Positions 27,260-40,500 of a stretch of DNA of 64,000 nt are shown here, piece by piece. Each line of letters opens with the position of its first letter. The stretch's first letter is position 1. The stretch comes from the human T2T-CHM13v2.0 reference genome, Homo sapiens. A program made the translations under genes and the position numbers. The notes beneath the pieces were generated by a model. It was not told where the DNA came from. It was given only the letters and a program-made list of their open reading frames with translations, and did no database searches. The stretch spans positions 4,448,001 through 4,512,000 of the forward strand of contig CP086569.2 in assembly GCA_009914755.4 (NCBI GenBank), read 5' to 3'.

Positions 27260-29094
27260 TAGAGAGCAAAGTTTTGGGTAAATATTTCATTTGGGGTGAT
27301 TAGGAAAGGTCACTCTAAAGATATGACATTCAAACTGACACTTAAAGATGAGACAGAGCTAGCTGAATGGAGCATGGAAGAATAGAATGCGATCATTCCA
27401 CGGGTTCATTAGTCTCAATTATGCAAGTTGTTTCTTCACAGAGTATGAGCCAAATTCCTATATTACAGTGGTTTCTATACTTTTGTGTCATTTGTCTTTT
27501 TGAGAAATGCCAACTCAGGTGTCAAATCTTCCCTGGATCTGCTCAGTCAGAATTCAGCTAACCCTTTGTTACGTTTCCAAAACATTTTGCCTGTGTTTCT
27601 GTTGTACTACCTACATTAGCCTTCAATTGATAGTCATTTGAGTCTCCTTCACTAGACTTTCAACATTTTGTCATCTTCCTTTTTTTCAATCCCCCATGGA
27701 AACAATAGTGCATTGTAATGGAGTAAGTGTTTGCCAAATGAATGTTCACATGTGCATGTGGACAAATGAAAAAATAAACTAGATATAAACTAATGAAAAT
27801 AATAAATGCCTCTGTAAAAGCTTTGTTTCTCTATTTTTCGGTAATTCTTGTTGGAATTCCCTAAGTCCTTAGGTTATTATGTTTCTAGTCAATGAGATGT
27901 TTCTTTTAATTAATTAGTAACTCAAAAGTATCTTACTTTTTATGTCTTTGGTATAGGTAAATATTTTAACAAGTCTCTTTCATATTTTTATTTTGGAAAA
28001 AAAGTAGGGAGGGTTGATTATTTTCAGGATCATGTTTTAAAATAATTACTCTAGCCTTGCTCCTGCTTAAAGGTATTTCTTCTGAAAAAGATTTCAATCA
28101 ATTGTCTATGTACACTATCTTGTCTATAAATACTATAAATGGAACTAAAGTGGTCTATTTAAACTAATTATAACCTGTAAAGCAAGAATGAAAGGTTATT
28201 ACTTTAAGTTAATTCAGAGACTGAAAATTTCACAATTAACAATTGACATTTTGTAATTGCTGAGTTTGATATGTGCGTTAAGTCACTATATTCCCTTTAT
28301 AACAACTTTAATTCTATCTCAAGGAGACTATATGTAGAATGGGTTAAGTCTGTCTTATTTAGTCTGTTTTAACCTCCTACCTTGATCGTCAGTCAGTCAA
28401 GGGGGGGAGGGGCTTTATCAGGTAATTATGTGATGTAAATAAGGTTTTATTGGCCATTAAAATGAGACTACCAACTCCTTTTACTTAGTCTCTGAATAAC
28501 AAACAGCATGTAATAATTTGCTAGGGATATGACGCTGGGCATCATTGAACACAAATATACTCAACAGATGATGTGCCATATGGTTTTGCCTTCTTCTACA
28601 ATGAATAATTTACACATGACTCATCAAAAGTCACAGTAGAAGTTCATAATCACCCAATACTCACTAAGTAAGTAATATGCAACGTTATTAGGTTGCTTTT
28701 CAGCAGCCATCTTCAAAAACAATAGGAAGACACATGCTCATTATTTTTCATGTGTTATATTAGCTATATCATGTTCAGGCCACATAACTGTGTTTTTTTT
28801 AAAGAATATGTCCACTTCTAATAAATTATGTGTAAATGTTGGTTGTTACAGTTTAATTAGGCAGAGCTCTATTACTGCTCTGCCTAATAAAGTCTTAAGT
28901 ACCATTTACAAATATTCATTAAAAGTTGGAATAAAATCTCCTTTTGAATGAACGGCCATTGAAAGGGCTGGAGCAGTAATGGAAATAAAGCAAAAACACC
29001 ACTTGGTATTCTGCATTAATTGAAAATCAAGTGATAAAAGCAATCATATATGTATTAGAGTGCCCTTAAAAATTGTTTCAAAATGAAAACATGA

Positions 29095-29238
29095 ATGTGG
29101 TGGCATGGGCCTGTAGTCCCAGATATGTTGGAGGCTGAGGCAAAGGGATTGCTTGAGCCCAGAAGTTCAAGGGTGCAGTGAGCTGTGATTGCACTACTGC
29201 ACTCTAGCCTGGGTGACAGAGAGAGACCCTGTCTCCAA
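29095..29238 (+). mobile_element. Alu fragment (right arm only), followed by a short (AT)n/(AC)n run.
   Basis: gtggtggcatgggcctgtagtcccagatatgttggaggctgaggcaaagggattgcttgagcccagaagttcaagggtgcagtgagctgtgattgcactactgcactctagcctgggtgacagagagagaccctgtctcc, followed by aaatatatatatacacacatata. Confidence 0.85.
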
Positions 29239-29299
29239 ATATATATATACACACATATAATTGACTTGATATAATTTATAAAACTCATGAGAAAAACAA

Positions 29300-29650
29300 T
29301 AGCCCATTTATGTACACATATTTATAATCTTTCAGTTGTTCTTCTTCCTTCCTGATGCTCCAAGATTATTTCTTTTATCTCTTTAATTGTTTGACAAACT
29401 TCCTTTAGCCTTTAAGAGTAGGTATGCTACAAATTCTTTCAGTTTCCTTTAATCTGATAAAGTTTCTAATTTCCCCTTCATTTCTGAAGAATAGTTTTGC
29501 TAGATATAGAATCTGATGTTAACAATTTCTTTCTTTGATCACTTCCAAATTGTTGTGACACTATTTTTTCTCCTAGAAAATCTGTTTTATGCATCATTCT
29601 CTCCGTATATGTTTTAATAAGTGGTGATGCTCCCATTAACGGAATTCATT
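29300..29650 (-). mobile_element. Possible ancient L1 (L1M-type) fragment in antisense orientation.
   Basis: The sequence style ttctgaagaatagttttgctagatatagaatctgatgttaacaatttctttctttgatcacttccaaattgttgtgacactattttttctcc resembles L1M 5'-region antisense sequence (ttgctggatatagaattct...cttcagtactttaaatat-type). Similarity only; the family is not confirmed. Confidence 0.3.
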
Positions 29651-30539
29651 ATTAACCTAATTTTCTAATGGAGGAAGAGGAAAAATAATTATTGCTTTCT
29701 GTGGAACAAATATTCCTCTATCAACTTATGACCAAATAATAGCAATATAAGAAATCCAGAAACAGTAAAGATTTGGGGTTTATATTTCATGGATGGTGAT
29801 GCTGTTCCAACCTTGTAAAGTAAAACTGTCTGCTTTCCAAATTCCAAAAATTAAAATACTATCCTTCTCATCATACTAACCACTGTCTTTTGTTTTTTGT
29901 TTGTTAGAAAAAGGAATGATTAAAGAGTTATCAATTATGGATATACCATTTTGATTTTGGAGATTTTCACACACAGAAATTATATCAATTGGCCAGACAC
30001 TTATTTTATAGAACAGTTTAAATGCTACACATTAGCCAAATCAACTTATTCCACCCACCCTGTTGGAGTGGGTAAAACCCATACCCATAAAACAACTTCG
30101 CTTCGCAGAATGTGTCTATCAACGATAAGTAGCTTAAATAGCTCTCACAAATAAAGTGTCTGGTTTGGCTTTTAAAATGTGAAAGTCATACATTTGAAAA
30201 GTAAGTACAGTTGAAATTGTAAATTAATTATAATTTGAACCTAATGAACCACGCAAGAAGCAAGAGCTATTAAACCAATATGCTTTGAATTGGTTCAAGT
30301 ACTGATATTTCTGAGCATATTTAGTATATACACATGTATATATCTGGATATCATGACAAAAGAAAAAAAAATTTTCCGCAAAAAGAAAAATATTAAACAA
30401 ATCAAAGTTTAACATGTGCCAGTTGACCATGTGTGAAAATGCAAAGCAGGTATTAAAACTGATATGTTCAATATTTAAAACCAGTTTGTAATTGAGAGAA
30501 CATTTAAATCCTTGATTAAAAAACACAAATGATAAAAAT

Positions 30540-32521
30540 TAGTGGAATTTCTATAGGCCAACAGTGGACAATCTGAAAAAGAAATAAAAAAGTAATCCCA
30601 TTTACAATTGCCATGAATACAAGTAAATACCTAGGAATTAACCAAAGAAGTAAAACCTCTCTACAATGAAAGCTATAAAACACTGATGAAAGAAATTGAA
30701 GAGGACACCAAAAGATGACAAGATATTTCATGTTCATGGATTGGAATAATCAATATTGTTAAAATGTCCATACTAACCAAACCAATCTACAGATTCAATG
30801 CAATCCCTATCAGAATACCAATGACATTCCTCAAAAAATAGAAAAAAAAATCTAAAATTTATATGGCACCACAAAAGACTCAGAATAGCCAAAGCTTTCC
30901 TGAGCAAAAATAACAAAGCTTGAGGAATCACATCGCCACACTTCAAAGTATGCTACAGAGCTATGTTTACAAAAACAGCATAGCACTGGCATAAAAACAG
31001 ACATGTAGACCAAGGGAACAGAATAGAGAACCCAGAGACAAATCCACATACTACAGTGAACTCATTTTTCACAAAGGTGCCAAGAACATACACCTAGGAA
31101 AAGACAGTCTCTTCACTAAATGGTGCTGGTAAAACTGGATATCCATATGCAGAAGAATGAAACTAGACCCTTATCTCTTGACAAACAGAAAAAACACAGA
31201 AAAATGAATGAAAGATAAATCTATGACCTCAATCTATGAAACTACTACAAGAAAATATTGGGGAAACTCTCCAGGACTTGATCTGGGCAAAGTTTCTTGA
31301 GTAATATCCCACAAACACAGGCAACCAAAGCACAAATGACAAATGGGATCACATCAAGTGAAAAAACTTCTACACAGAAACAAAAATGAAAACAACAACA
31401 AGAAAAAACCCACCAACAATGTGAAGAGACAACCCACAGAATGGGAGAAAATATTTGCAAACTACCCATCTAACAAGGGATTAATAACCAGAATATATAA
31501 GGAGCTTAAAAAACTCTATAGAAAAAGAGTCTAATAATTAAATTGAAAAATGGGCAAAAGATCTGAATAGAAATGTCTCAAAAGAAGACATACATATGGC
31601 AAAAGGTGCTCAACATCATTGATCATCAGAGAAATGCAAATGAAAACTACAATGAGATATCACCTCACCCCAGTTAAAATGTCTTATATCCAAAAGACAG
31701 GCAATAAAAAATGCTGGTAGGATATGGAGAAAAGGAAACCCTTGTACACTCTTGCTGGAATGTGAATCAATACAACCACAGTGGAGAACAGTTTGGAGGT
31801 TACTCAAAAAACTAAATGTGGAGCTATCATATGATCCAGCAATCCCACTGCTGGGTATATACCCCAAAGAAAGTAAATCAGTATATCAAAGATATCTGCA
31901 CTCCTATATTTGTTGCAGCACTGTTTACAATAGCTAAGATTTGGAAGCAACATATGTGTCCATCAATTGATGAATGGATAAAGTAATAGTGGTACATATA
32001 CACAATGGAGTATCATTCAGCCATAACAAAGAATGAGATCTTGTCATTTGCAACAACATCTATGGAACTGGAGATCATTATGTTAAGTGAAATAAGCCAG
32101 GCACAGAAAGACAAACATCGCAAATTCTCATTTATTTGTGGGATATAAAAATCAAAACAATTGAAATCATGGAGACAGACAGTAAAAGGATGATTACCAG
32201 GGACTGGGAAGGGTAGTAGGGATTGGTGGTGGAGGGAAGTGGCGATGGTTAATGGGTACAAAAAATAGAAAGAATGAATAATGCCTTGTATTAGATAGAA
32301 CAACAGAGTGTCCATAGTAAAAATAATCTAATTATACATTTTAAAAATAAAGAGCATAATTGGTTTGTTTGTAATACAAAGGATAAATGTTTGAGGTGAC
32401 GGATATCCCATATACTTTGATGTGAATATTTCATGTTGCATGCCTGTATCAAAATATCTCATGTATCCCATAAATATGCACACCTACTATGTATCCACAA
32501 AAAAATTTAAAATAAAAAAAC
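30540..32521 (+). mobile_element. 5'-truncated old L1 (L1M/L1MA-MB-like) 3' portion of ~2 kb, ending in an A-rich tail.
   Basis: A degenerate ORF2 translation runs through RT-end and C-terminal motifs, for example IPFTIA..YLGI..TKEVK (30560-30640), [34 protein letters not shown] and [17 protein letters not shown]. The ORF track entries 31343-31534 (...[33 protein letters not shown]) and 31752-31937 (...[29 protein letters not shown]) are L1 ORF2 C-terminal hallmarks. It ends ...tgtatccacaaaaaaatttaaaataaaaaaac. Confidence 0.85.
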
Positions 32522-32715
32522 ATAAATGAAGTGAAAGCTTTAAACTAGTATACACATTTCACACCTATATTTCAAGCTTGGAAATGCAAATTTGCAAGCA
32601 GCAATACAAAAGTATTCATGAAGAATGCATAATTTCTGGTATTTATAAAAACATACCTACCAATACATTTTTAAATACAAAACTGACTACCATATTTGTT
32701 AATTTTATGTAGTGA

Positions 32716-33032
<317 letters not shown>

Positions 33033-34559
33033 TTTTAAAACAGATACAATTCAGTCTTTAAGTGTGAATTGTGTGAATGACAGCCTTTTTAAAACATGAT
33101 TTCTTCATTGTTTCGAATCCTTACGCATGCAAAGGCATTGAACAGGAAATCCCACAAAGGAACCATGGTTGTTTTATGGCATTCAGTTAAGCCAGAGCTG
33201 GAAATGCCTCTGGGTCATCCATATCAGGAACAGAAGCACCTGACTTGTCAGTCCTGCTGCTGAGGTTCTGAGGTCCACCACACATTCACCTTGTCTTCCC
33301 CTCCCACCAAGTCCTCCAGGGCCGAGGTCTCCAAAATTGATCTCCCGCTGAGACATTTTATCATTTGCTGGCTTTCAGAAACGATGGTCCTTAATGACAA
33401 GTTCAGCATGAATCTCTTTACTCTTTGATTTATGAAGCGCACATCTCTTCTTCCAGTGCCCATCAATCAGTACCTTTGTTTTGTTTTTGGATATTAAATT
33501 CTACTTTTGGCCAGTCCTTATTTTGAATAGCATTCCACTTATCCAAAGTCATCTCTTTTGGACCCTCTTTTTTACCTCTTAAACTTCCTTCTCCTTATTT
33601 TCAGTGTCTGCCACTGGAAGTTCTTCACCTTCAGGTGTTTCCTAGGTCATATTTGATTAATCCAAGTCAGTTAACTTATCATTCACAGTTCCCCAGTTGT
33701 AAAATCCACTACCTCCATGTTTGTCCTTGTGCTTCAGGCTAGATCTATGCCTTCCAGCATGCCTACCAGCATGCCTATCAAATTCACATTTACCATAAAA
33801 ATAAAATCCATACCCTTGGCCCATTTCACTTTGACAGCCCTCTCTACTTCTTCCAAGGCCACCACAGCCTCGAATGGGTTGGTCAATGATAGGTCTATCA
33901 GATAAAATTTTCCTCTTTCACCCTTTTCAAGTGGTTTTTCAAATCTTCCTTCATGAGGTGGTTGCCCTTCCCCGTCTTATCTCAATTATTTTCCCTTCAC
34001 CTTGCAGTTGTTGATTGGGTCTTCTTCCAATTCACCTTATTCCTTCTTTCTTAACCTCCATGGGCACTATATGTCCTCTTGCCAACCATGCCAACTTTTG
34101 GGGCAAGTGGGTTCTTGCTGTCTTTCTGAGACTCTTTATACAACTGTTTGTCCGTGGCATTGGAGTTGGTCTGGGCCATGGCCTGAGATGAGCTTTTGGC
34201 CCCAGCTCCCCCAGTGACACCCCCGTTGGCTTATTTTCTCTAGTTCTCAGCTGCCTTCAGCACCTTGAATGGGTCCAATTCGTCTTCAAAGAACTGGTTA
34301 AATGGGCTGATGACCATGCAGGTGAAGCATTCCTGTAAATGGCCAGGCATAATGGTGGCTCAGAGGCATGTTCCTCAATGGATTGCAGCTGGCTGTGCAG
34401 AAGCAAGATCACCTTCTTCAGTTCTTCCCACAAGATCTTATGACACTTTAGATTTTGGCTTCATAATTTATGGTGAGAAATCCACTATCATTAGGATATT
34501 GGTATTCTCCTAACAGCAATGCATCATTTTTCTCTAGCTGCTTTCCGTATTTAATATTG

Positions 34560-36050
34560 TCTTTAGTTTTCAGAAATTTAATTATGATATGTGAATTTCT
34601 TTGAGTTTATCTAATTAAAGTACATTCATATTATTGAATCTCCGAATTACTGTTTTGCACCAAGTTGGGATGTTTTAAACTATTATTTCCCTATATAGTC
34701 TTTCAACCCTTCTCTCTTGTTGGGCTACAAAGATGCAAATCATTATATATTTTGGCTCTCTAAAAAAAAAAAAATCTGTTTCCTCTCTTGTTCAGAGTGG
34801 GTGAATGCTGTTGATCTATCCTAAAGTTCAGTGACTTCTTTCTCTTAGAGTTCATTCAAGCTTTTTTTTCTGTTAATGTATTTTTCTAAAATTTCCATTT
34901 TTTATAACTCATTTCATTTCAAAATATTCTATTTTCCATTTGTTTCAGGAGACTTTGTAATGCACTGCTGAAATATTTTTATGATGTGTGCTTTGAAATC
35001 CTTGTTAGATAATTCGACGATTAACAACATCTGATTTGTCTCAATGTTGGCATCAGTTGATTGTTTCCTCTCATTTAAGTTGTGATTTTCTTTATTCTTA
35101 GTGTGACCAGTGATTTTCAACTGTATCCTGAATATTTCTTCTATTATTCCAGCAGATTCTGGGTCTATTTGTATGTTTAATTTCATCAGATCTTCATTCT
35201 GTTTATAGTCAGCATGCAGATTCTGGTCTACTTTTCTGGACTGTGGTTTCTATGACAGTATATTTTCAGAGGCTTTGTTGTGTTATTTTGTTTTTTTCAG
35301 TTTATGTGATACTTATCTCCTACTTGTCCATGACAGCAATGGCTATAGTTGCAGAAGGGATTTTCCTTGGCCAGTGTCTTTCCATGGGAAAAGGGAGTCC
35401 CAGGTACCCTGAGATGAAGAGGTTTCCTTAACAATATTACTGGTTCCTAAGAATTCCTACAAAGGCCTTCCATTTGCCCCTGTGTCTCTGGGTGGAAGAG
35501 GGTATTTTCAGGCCCATTGAGAAAAAGAGACTTTCTGAGAATGACTATCCACTGTGGCTGGGCTCTTCCTGCCCATAGTACCTGTCTGACACTTCGTATC
35601 CCAGCAGGGGAAGAGACTGTGAGGCCTGTGGGGGAGAGGAGGGTTCTCTGGCTTGGTATTTGTTTTGGCAGGATCTGCCTTACCTGAGGGGGATTGAGAG
35701 AGCTTGTTGGGCCAGGACCCTTGTTGAGGTGGGATCTCCTTACCTGGGTCTCAGGATTTCCCTTGTGTCTCTGAGAGGGGTATGGAACTCTCAGACCCTG
35801 AAAAGAGAGACTTTCTGGGCCACACCATTCGTTTTTGCAAGATCCTTCTTGCCTCTGTCCCCTCAGTATCTCTCAGTGGGGGAAGGAAATTCTCAGTCCT
35901 GCAAGAAAGGAAAGCACTTTTTTTGGCTGCTTATTGTTCTTAGGGATCCTAATCAATCCTCCTTGTTGATGATGTCAGACTTCCTTAGTGTGTTGTTAGA
36001 TGAAAGAATGGGCCTATCTGGACTGCCTTCTATGACTGGATTTGGCTTTT
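34560..36050 (-). mobile_element. Probable ancient L1 5' portion (ORF1-like remnant plus a 5'UTR-like region with an internal ~300 bp partial tandem duplication) on the minus strand. The family is uncertain.
   Basis: The minus ORF 34929-35186 (MKLNIQIDPESAGIIEEIFRIQLKITGHTKNKENHNLNERKQSTDANIETNQMLLIVELSNKDFKAHIIKIF...) shows only weak ORF1-like similarity (cf. ..NLMKDINLQIQEAQ...RHIIVKLSK..). The block at 35476-35775 (cccctgtgtctctgggtggaagagggtattttcaggcccattgagaaaaagagactttctgag...) is repeated at 35762-36060 (cccttgtgtctctgagaggggtatggaactctcagaccctgaaaagagagactttctgggcc...). Confidence 0.3.
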
Positions 36051-36707
36051 GAAAATGCTAGGTCTGAGTCACATTTTGTTCTGTGGGAGGAGGTCTGATG
36101 CTCTGCTGCTATGGTGTGTCACCAGTCCCAGGGTTTCAAACCAATACACCTACTTTATCACCTTTTCAGAGTTGTTTGATTGCTTCTTGTATCATGCCCA
36201 GGGTTTTATATTGTACTTAGTGGAGAGAAGAAAGATAAAATATATCCGTTCCATCTTGTCCAGACTGGAAATTGATATGTATTTTGATTTGCATTTTCTT
36301 TATTACTGGTGAGATCCTACTTATATCCTTCTTTCTTTTCCTCATTTCTACCTCTTTCTTTGTGAATTCTTTGCCCACTACATATTAGGTATTATGCCTG
36401 TGCACTTGTTTTTCTGTCATACACCTTTATCACATTTTGTAATTGATAGACTATTTCTTTGAATTTTCCATCGAGACTCTGGCTTGAAGAAATCACCTTT
36501 ATTTTCCTTTTCAGGTTAATGCCAGCTCCTGGACTAGTTGTTGGCTATTTTATATACTCACTAAAAGAAGCAGGAGAGAGGTAGTCACTAAATATTTTGT
36601 CAATGAATAAAAGAAGGAATTGTAATTTAGGTAATTTTTAAAAACTGATATTTGCTCTTCCTTTAACAACTACAATGTGAAAACATTATATAACTGATTT
36701 GGCATGC

Positions 36708-37210
36708 TGTAATAGTGACAGGTGAAGCCAGCTGGACTTCCTGGGTAGAGTGGGGACTTGGAGAACTTTTCTGTCTTACAAAAGGATTGTAAAACGCACC
36801 AATCAGTGCTCTGTGTCTGGCTAGAGGGTTGTAAATGCACCAATCAGCACTCTGTAAAAACGCACCAATCAGCACTCTGTGTCTAGCTAAAGGATTGTAA
36901 ATGCATCAATCAGCACTCTGTAAAATGGGCCAATCAGCACTCTGTAAAATGGACCAATCAGCAGGATGTGGACGGGGACAAATAAAGGAATAAAAGCAGG
37001 CCTCTCCAGCCAGCAGTGACAACCCACTCAGGTCCCTTTCCATGCTGTGAAAGCTTTGTTCTTTCGCTCTTCACAATAAATCTTGCTGCTGCTCACTGTT
37101 TGGGTCCCTGCCAACTTTAAGAGCTGTAACACTCACCGCGAAGGTCCACGGTTTCATTCTTGAAGTTGGCGAGACTGAGAACCCACTGAAAGGAACCAAC
37201 TCCAGACACA
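36708..37210 (+). mobile_element. LTR12-family (HERV9) solo LTR fragment on the plus strand, comprising U3 CCAAT-repeat region, R and U5.
   Basis: gagtggggacttggagaacttttctgtcttacaaaaggattgtaaaacgcaccaatcagtgctctgt..ggttgtaaatgcaccaatcagcactctgtaaaaacgcaccaatcagcactctgtgtctagctaaaggattgtaaatgcatcaatcagcactctgtaaaatgggccaatcagcactctgtaaaatggaccaatcagcaggatgtgg..aataaaggaataaaagcagg..ctttgttctttcgctcttcacaataaatcttgctgctgctcac..gagctgtaacactcaccgcgaaggtccacggtttcattcttgaagt matches the LTR12 consensus architecture closely. No internal ERV sequence follows. Confidence 0.75.
36795..36970 (+). promoter_or_regulatory. Six tandem CCAAT-box-containing repeats (c.aatcagc.ctctgt) in the LTR12 U3. They are candidate NF-Y binding sites and a cryptic promoter element, with aataaa signals downstream at ~36982 and ~37076.
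   Basis: Copies of caccaatcag[ct][ga]ctctgt occur at ~36797, 36836, 36862, 36906, 36930 and 36954. The LTR12 U3 is known to carry CCAAT/NF-Y-dependent promoter activity. Confidence 0.5.
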
Positions 37211-38837
37211 ATAGGGTGGTAAGAATTACTTTACCACAAATTATGGCAATAAGCTGTAAAGCAGAGTGAATAGGAGAAACCAATTATTTTTTCTGTATAC
37301 TCTGACATCATCAGATGTGTGGTTTCTTTCTCTCACCAATAAATTATTTAATTCTTTGTAGACACCAGCTAAGTGTCCTACAATTTAACTAAATCTGACA
37401 CTATCTATCTGGAGTTAGCATCAGGTTAAGGGTTGAGTTCCACAAGATTGCCCTCACTTTAGATGCCAATCACAAATCCAAGTGCCATCTGTGCTTATGA
37501 CCAACCAGCTAGAAAACAGACATTTCCATGATTATCCTCAGGTTTGATCATTTGTTAGAATGGCTCACAGAACCCAAGAAAAGAATTAACTTAATAGATT
37601 ACTTGTTTATTATAAAAAGATGCAGCTCAGAAACAGTCAGATGAAACAGAAACATAGGGCAAGGTATGGAGGAAGGGGCACAGAGCTTCTGTGCCCTACC
37701 CAGGCATGCTACCCTCCCGATAACTCCACGTGTTCACCAACCTGTTAAAGCCATTAACATAGTAATACAACTTATTCACATTATAAGCCAAGTTATTTAA
37801 GAGTTAAAATGCATCAACCATTACTGTGTCTATTAAACTGTTTCTTAGAGTCTGGTGAAATTATAATTTGGTCATAATGCCAAGTCACTAAAGACATTCA
37901 GCTTTCCTCTTATTTTGTTAAATATGACTGAAATGCATAAATATTCTCCTTCTCTCATTTATATATTATAGTTCCTATAGAAAAAATAATATTTCCTTTT
38001 GATAGCCTATGAAGAACTTGTTGAATAGTATTTTGTTATTGTGTAAGCTAATAGTGGCAGGGATGTTTTTCCAGATATTTCTACTGAAATAACTTTGTTT
38101 TTGTCAGACTAATCTTTTGATCTGAATTTCATTGTTTAAATATAAAATATAACCATGATAATATTTAAGCATGATGAAGGTGGAGAAGATGATGATGAAA
38201 GTGATAATGTTTACTAAGTTTATTTCTTGAACATTCCGGACATTATATACAATATGTAAATACATGTTTATCATGTTTAAGAAGGATATTTACATAAATT
38301 ATCCTAAAGATATTCATTATCCATTTTAGCAAGCCTGAAATTAAGTTGACTACTGACTTTTAAATTCTGTACTAATGTTAATTTAGACAAAAATGTTTGA
38401 ATACATAAGCACTTATAAAATTTTCAGAAGCACATATATTTCAGATTCCATATTTCACAAATTAACAACATAATACCTGCTATGTAAAAACCAGTAGATT
38501 TTCTTCTTCACATATAAGAAGAATAAGAAATATTTTAATATGGTTGCTATCAACATTTTATTCCATTTTTTTTTTTTAGGAAAGCAGCTAAAATCAGCTA
38601 GAAAATCCTTTTTAAAAAAATGATGAAAATCCTTAAAAGAGCAAAACAATAAAGACATGTTGGGGGAACTATGTCAAATATTAAATTTTATAAATTTATA
38701 ATGTCTACATCATGTATTTTCATAATAAATATTCCAAAAGTTTTACTACTAAAATATTTGCCAGGTAAAGGGTAAACACATTTAAATGGATTGTTATTTT
38801 ATCAAGGTACACATATGAAAAATCTAAGAAGAAATTC

Positions 38838-39188
38838 TGGCTCAGACTATGGACTGAATGTTCATGTTCCCCAAAAATTTTATGTTGAAATTTTAACCCC
38901 TCATGTGATGATATCAGAAGGAGAGACCTTTGGTAGGTGATCAGATCAGGAAGTTGGGGCCATTGTAAAAAGACAGGAGTCAACTTCCTTTCTCTCTTTG
39001 TTCCCCACCATGTGAGGATATGACAATATGGCAATCTGCAAACCAGAAAGAGTGCCCTCTCCAGACACCAGATCTGCAAGTGCTTTGATGTTGTACTTTC
39101 CAGCCTCCAGAAATGCATGAAAAAATATTCTGTTATTTAAGTCACCCAATCTATGGTATTCTGTTAAGAGTGGGCTGAAGTAAGACAG
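38838..39188 (+). mobile_element. MaLR-class solo LTR (THE1/MST/MLT-like).
   Basis: The start tggctcagactatggactgaatgttcatgttcccc resembles the THE1/MST start TGATATGGTTTGGCTGTGTCCCC. The internal ccaccatgtgaggatatgacaatatggcaatctgcaaaccagaaagagtgccctctccagacaccagatctgcaagtgctttgatgttgtactttccagcctccagaaatg...atttaagtcacccaatctatggtattctgttaagagtgggctgaagtaagacag matches the common MaLR LTR core (..ccagcctccagaactgtgag..gccacccagtctatggtattttgttatagcagc..gaacggactaagacag). Confidence 0.55.
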
Positions 39189-40204
39189 CTCTCGTCTGTA
39201 AAATTATTCAGCGAGCAAACTGAATAATTAAAGAAGTAACAGTAATAATAATGACTTGTAGATTTTTTGAAAATAACTGTTTGAAAGTTTATGTAATAAG
39301 AAATAATAGTTTAATGTGAACAAATTTAATGTGACTAAATCAATACATGTTCAATATTAAATATAATCCCATGAAGTCTCTGGGATGTTGTTACTATAAA
39401 TCAAGTTATTTGGGCTAAATATCTTTAAATGTTTTCTGATATTTCCTTTTCCCTTTCTCCATTTCAGCCCAAAAGTCATGATTGTTTTATATTTCTAAGA
39501 GAATTTATAGAAATATTATCCAGTCATCAAGCCCTCACGACTCTTTTTTAAAGTATCCCATTTCCCTTCCTTGTTATTACAGTAGCATTATTTTAAGTCA
39601 GACATCTCATCATTACATTTTCTTCCCAGCTTCCCAGCTATTCTTCCTGTGTCCTAACTTCTTTCCACTCTATCTCCTATAATTCATCCTGTAAAACACC
39701 AGTATGTAATAAAAGTTTATTATGCCACAACCACTAAAATCCTTCCTTTGCTTCTTGTTGCTTATTAGAAAATATGTAAACTCTCTACTCTCATATTCTA
39801 CATCTTCCTTTTTGTATCCCAACTTACCCTCTACTATAATCTTTCCCCTCCCTTCATTGCTCAAATATTTTCATAATTCCTTGTCTACAACTGAGAACTG
39901 AGCTGAAAAAAAAGACAAAAGGGTGATAAAGAAGGAACACAGGTTTTGAAGTTAGGAAGACTTGGATACTTCTACTTACTACCTACTTAGATTTGGGGTA
40001 AATTACCACATCTTTCAGAGTCTCACCTTTCTCATCTATAAAATTGAGATGATACTTACCTTTCCACGAAGTTGTGAAAGTTATATGAAATAATATGAGT
40101 AAATGTGCCTAGTACAGTGCTTGACATATAATAACCACCTAATAAATGTCAGAGGCTGCTGGTGTTATTGTTATCAGCATTAGTATTAATAAAAGTGGCT
40201 TTAA

Positions 40205-40500
40205 GTCTGGGGGTGTGGCTCACACCTGTAATCCCAGCACCTAGGGAGGCTGAAGTGAGAGGATCACCAGAGTCCAGGAGTTCAAGAGCAGCCTGGGCAA
40301 CACAGTCAGGCCCCGTCTCTACAAAAATAAAAAAAAACATATACATTAACTGGGCATGGTGGTGCATGCCTGTTGTCCCAGCTACTTGGGAGGCTGAGAA
40401 GGGAGGATTGCTTGGGCTGATGAAGTAAAAGTTGCAGTGAGCTATGATTGTGTCACTGCATTCCAGCCTGGGTGACAGGGAGAGACCCTGTCTCAAAACA
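40205..40500 (+). mobile_element. Alu (AluS/J-like), with a ~9 bp TSD ggctttaa.
   Basis: tctgggggtgtggctcacacctgtaatcccagcacctagggaggctgaagtgagaggatcaccagagtccaggagttcaagagcagcctgggcaacacagtcaggccccgtctctacaaaaataaaaaaaaacatatacattaactgggcatggtggtgcatgcctgttgtcccagctacttgggaggctgag...ccagcctgggtgacagggagagaccctgtctcaaaaca. It is flanked by gtggctttaag and gaggctttaataag. Confidence 0.9.

Noticed and set aside
33100-34550. A 1.4 kb GC-moderate stretch with several 60-80 aa ORFs on both strands, as a possible ERV-internal or DNA-transposon relic or a unique gene fragment.
   Set aside because: There are no recognisable gag/pol/transposase motifs in any frame and no terminal repeats that I can identify. 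It is left unannotated and needs RepeatMasker.
36795-36970. Short direct repeats (~17 bp, c.aatcagcactctgt) separated by short variable spacers. Superficially CRISPR-like.
   Set aside because: The repeats are the well-known CCAAT-box reiterations of the LTR12 (HERV9) U3 region, the flanks are the LTR12 R/U5, and the context is primate DNA full of Alu and L1. The spacers are 9-26 bp and partly repetitive themselves.
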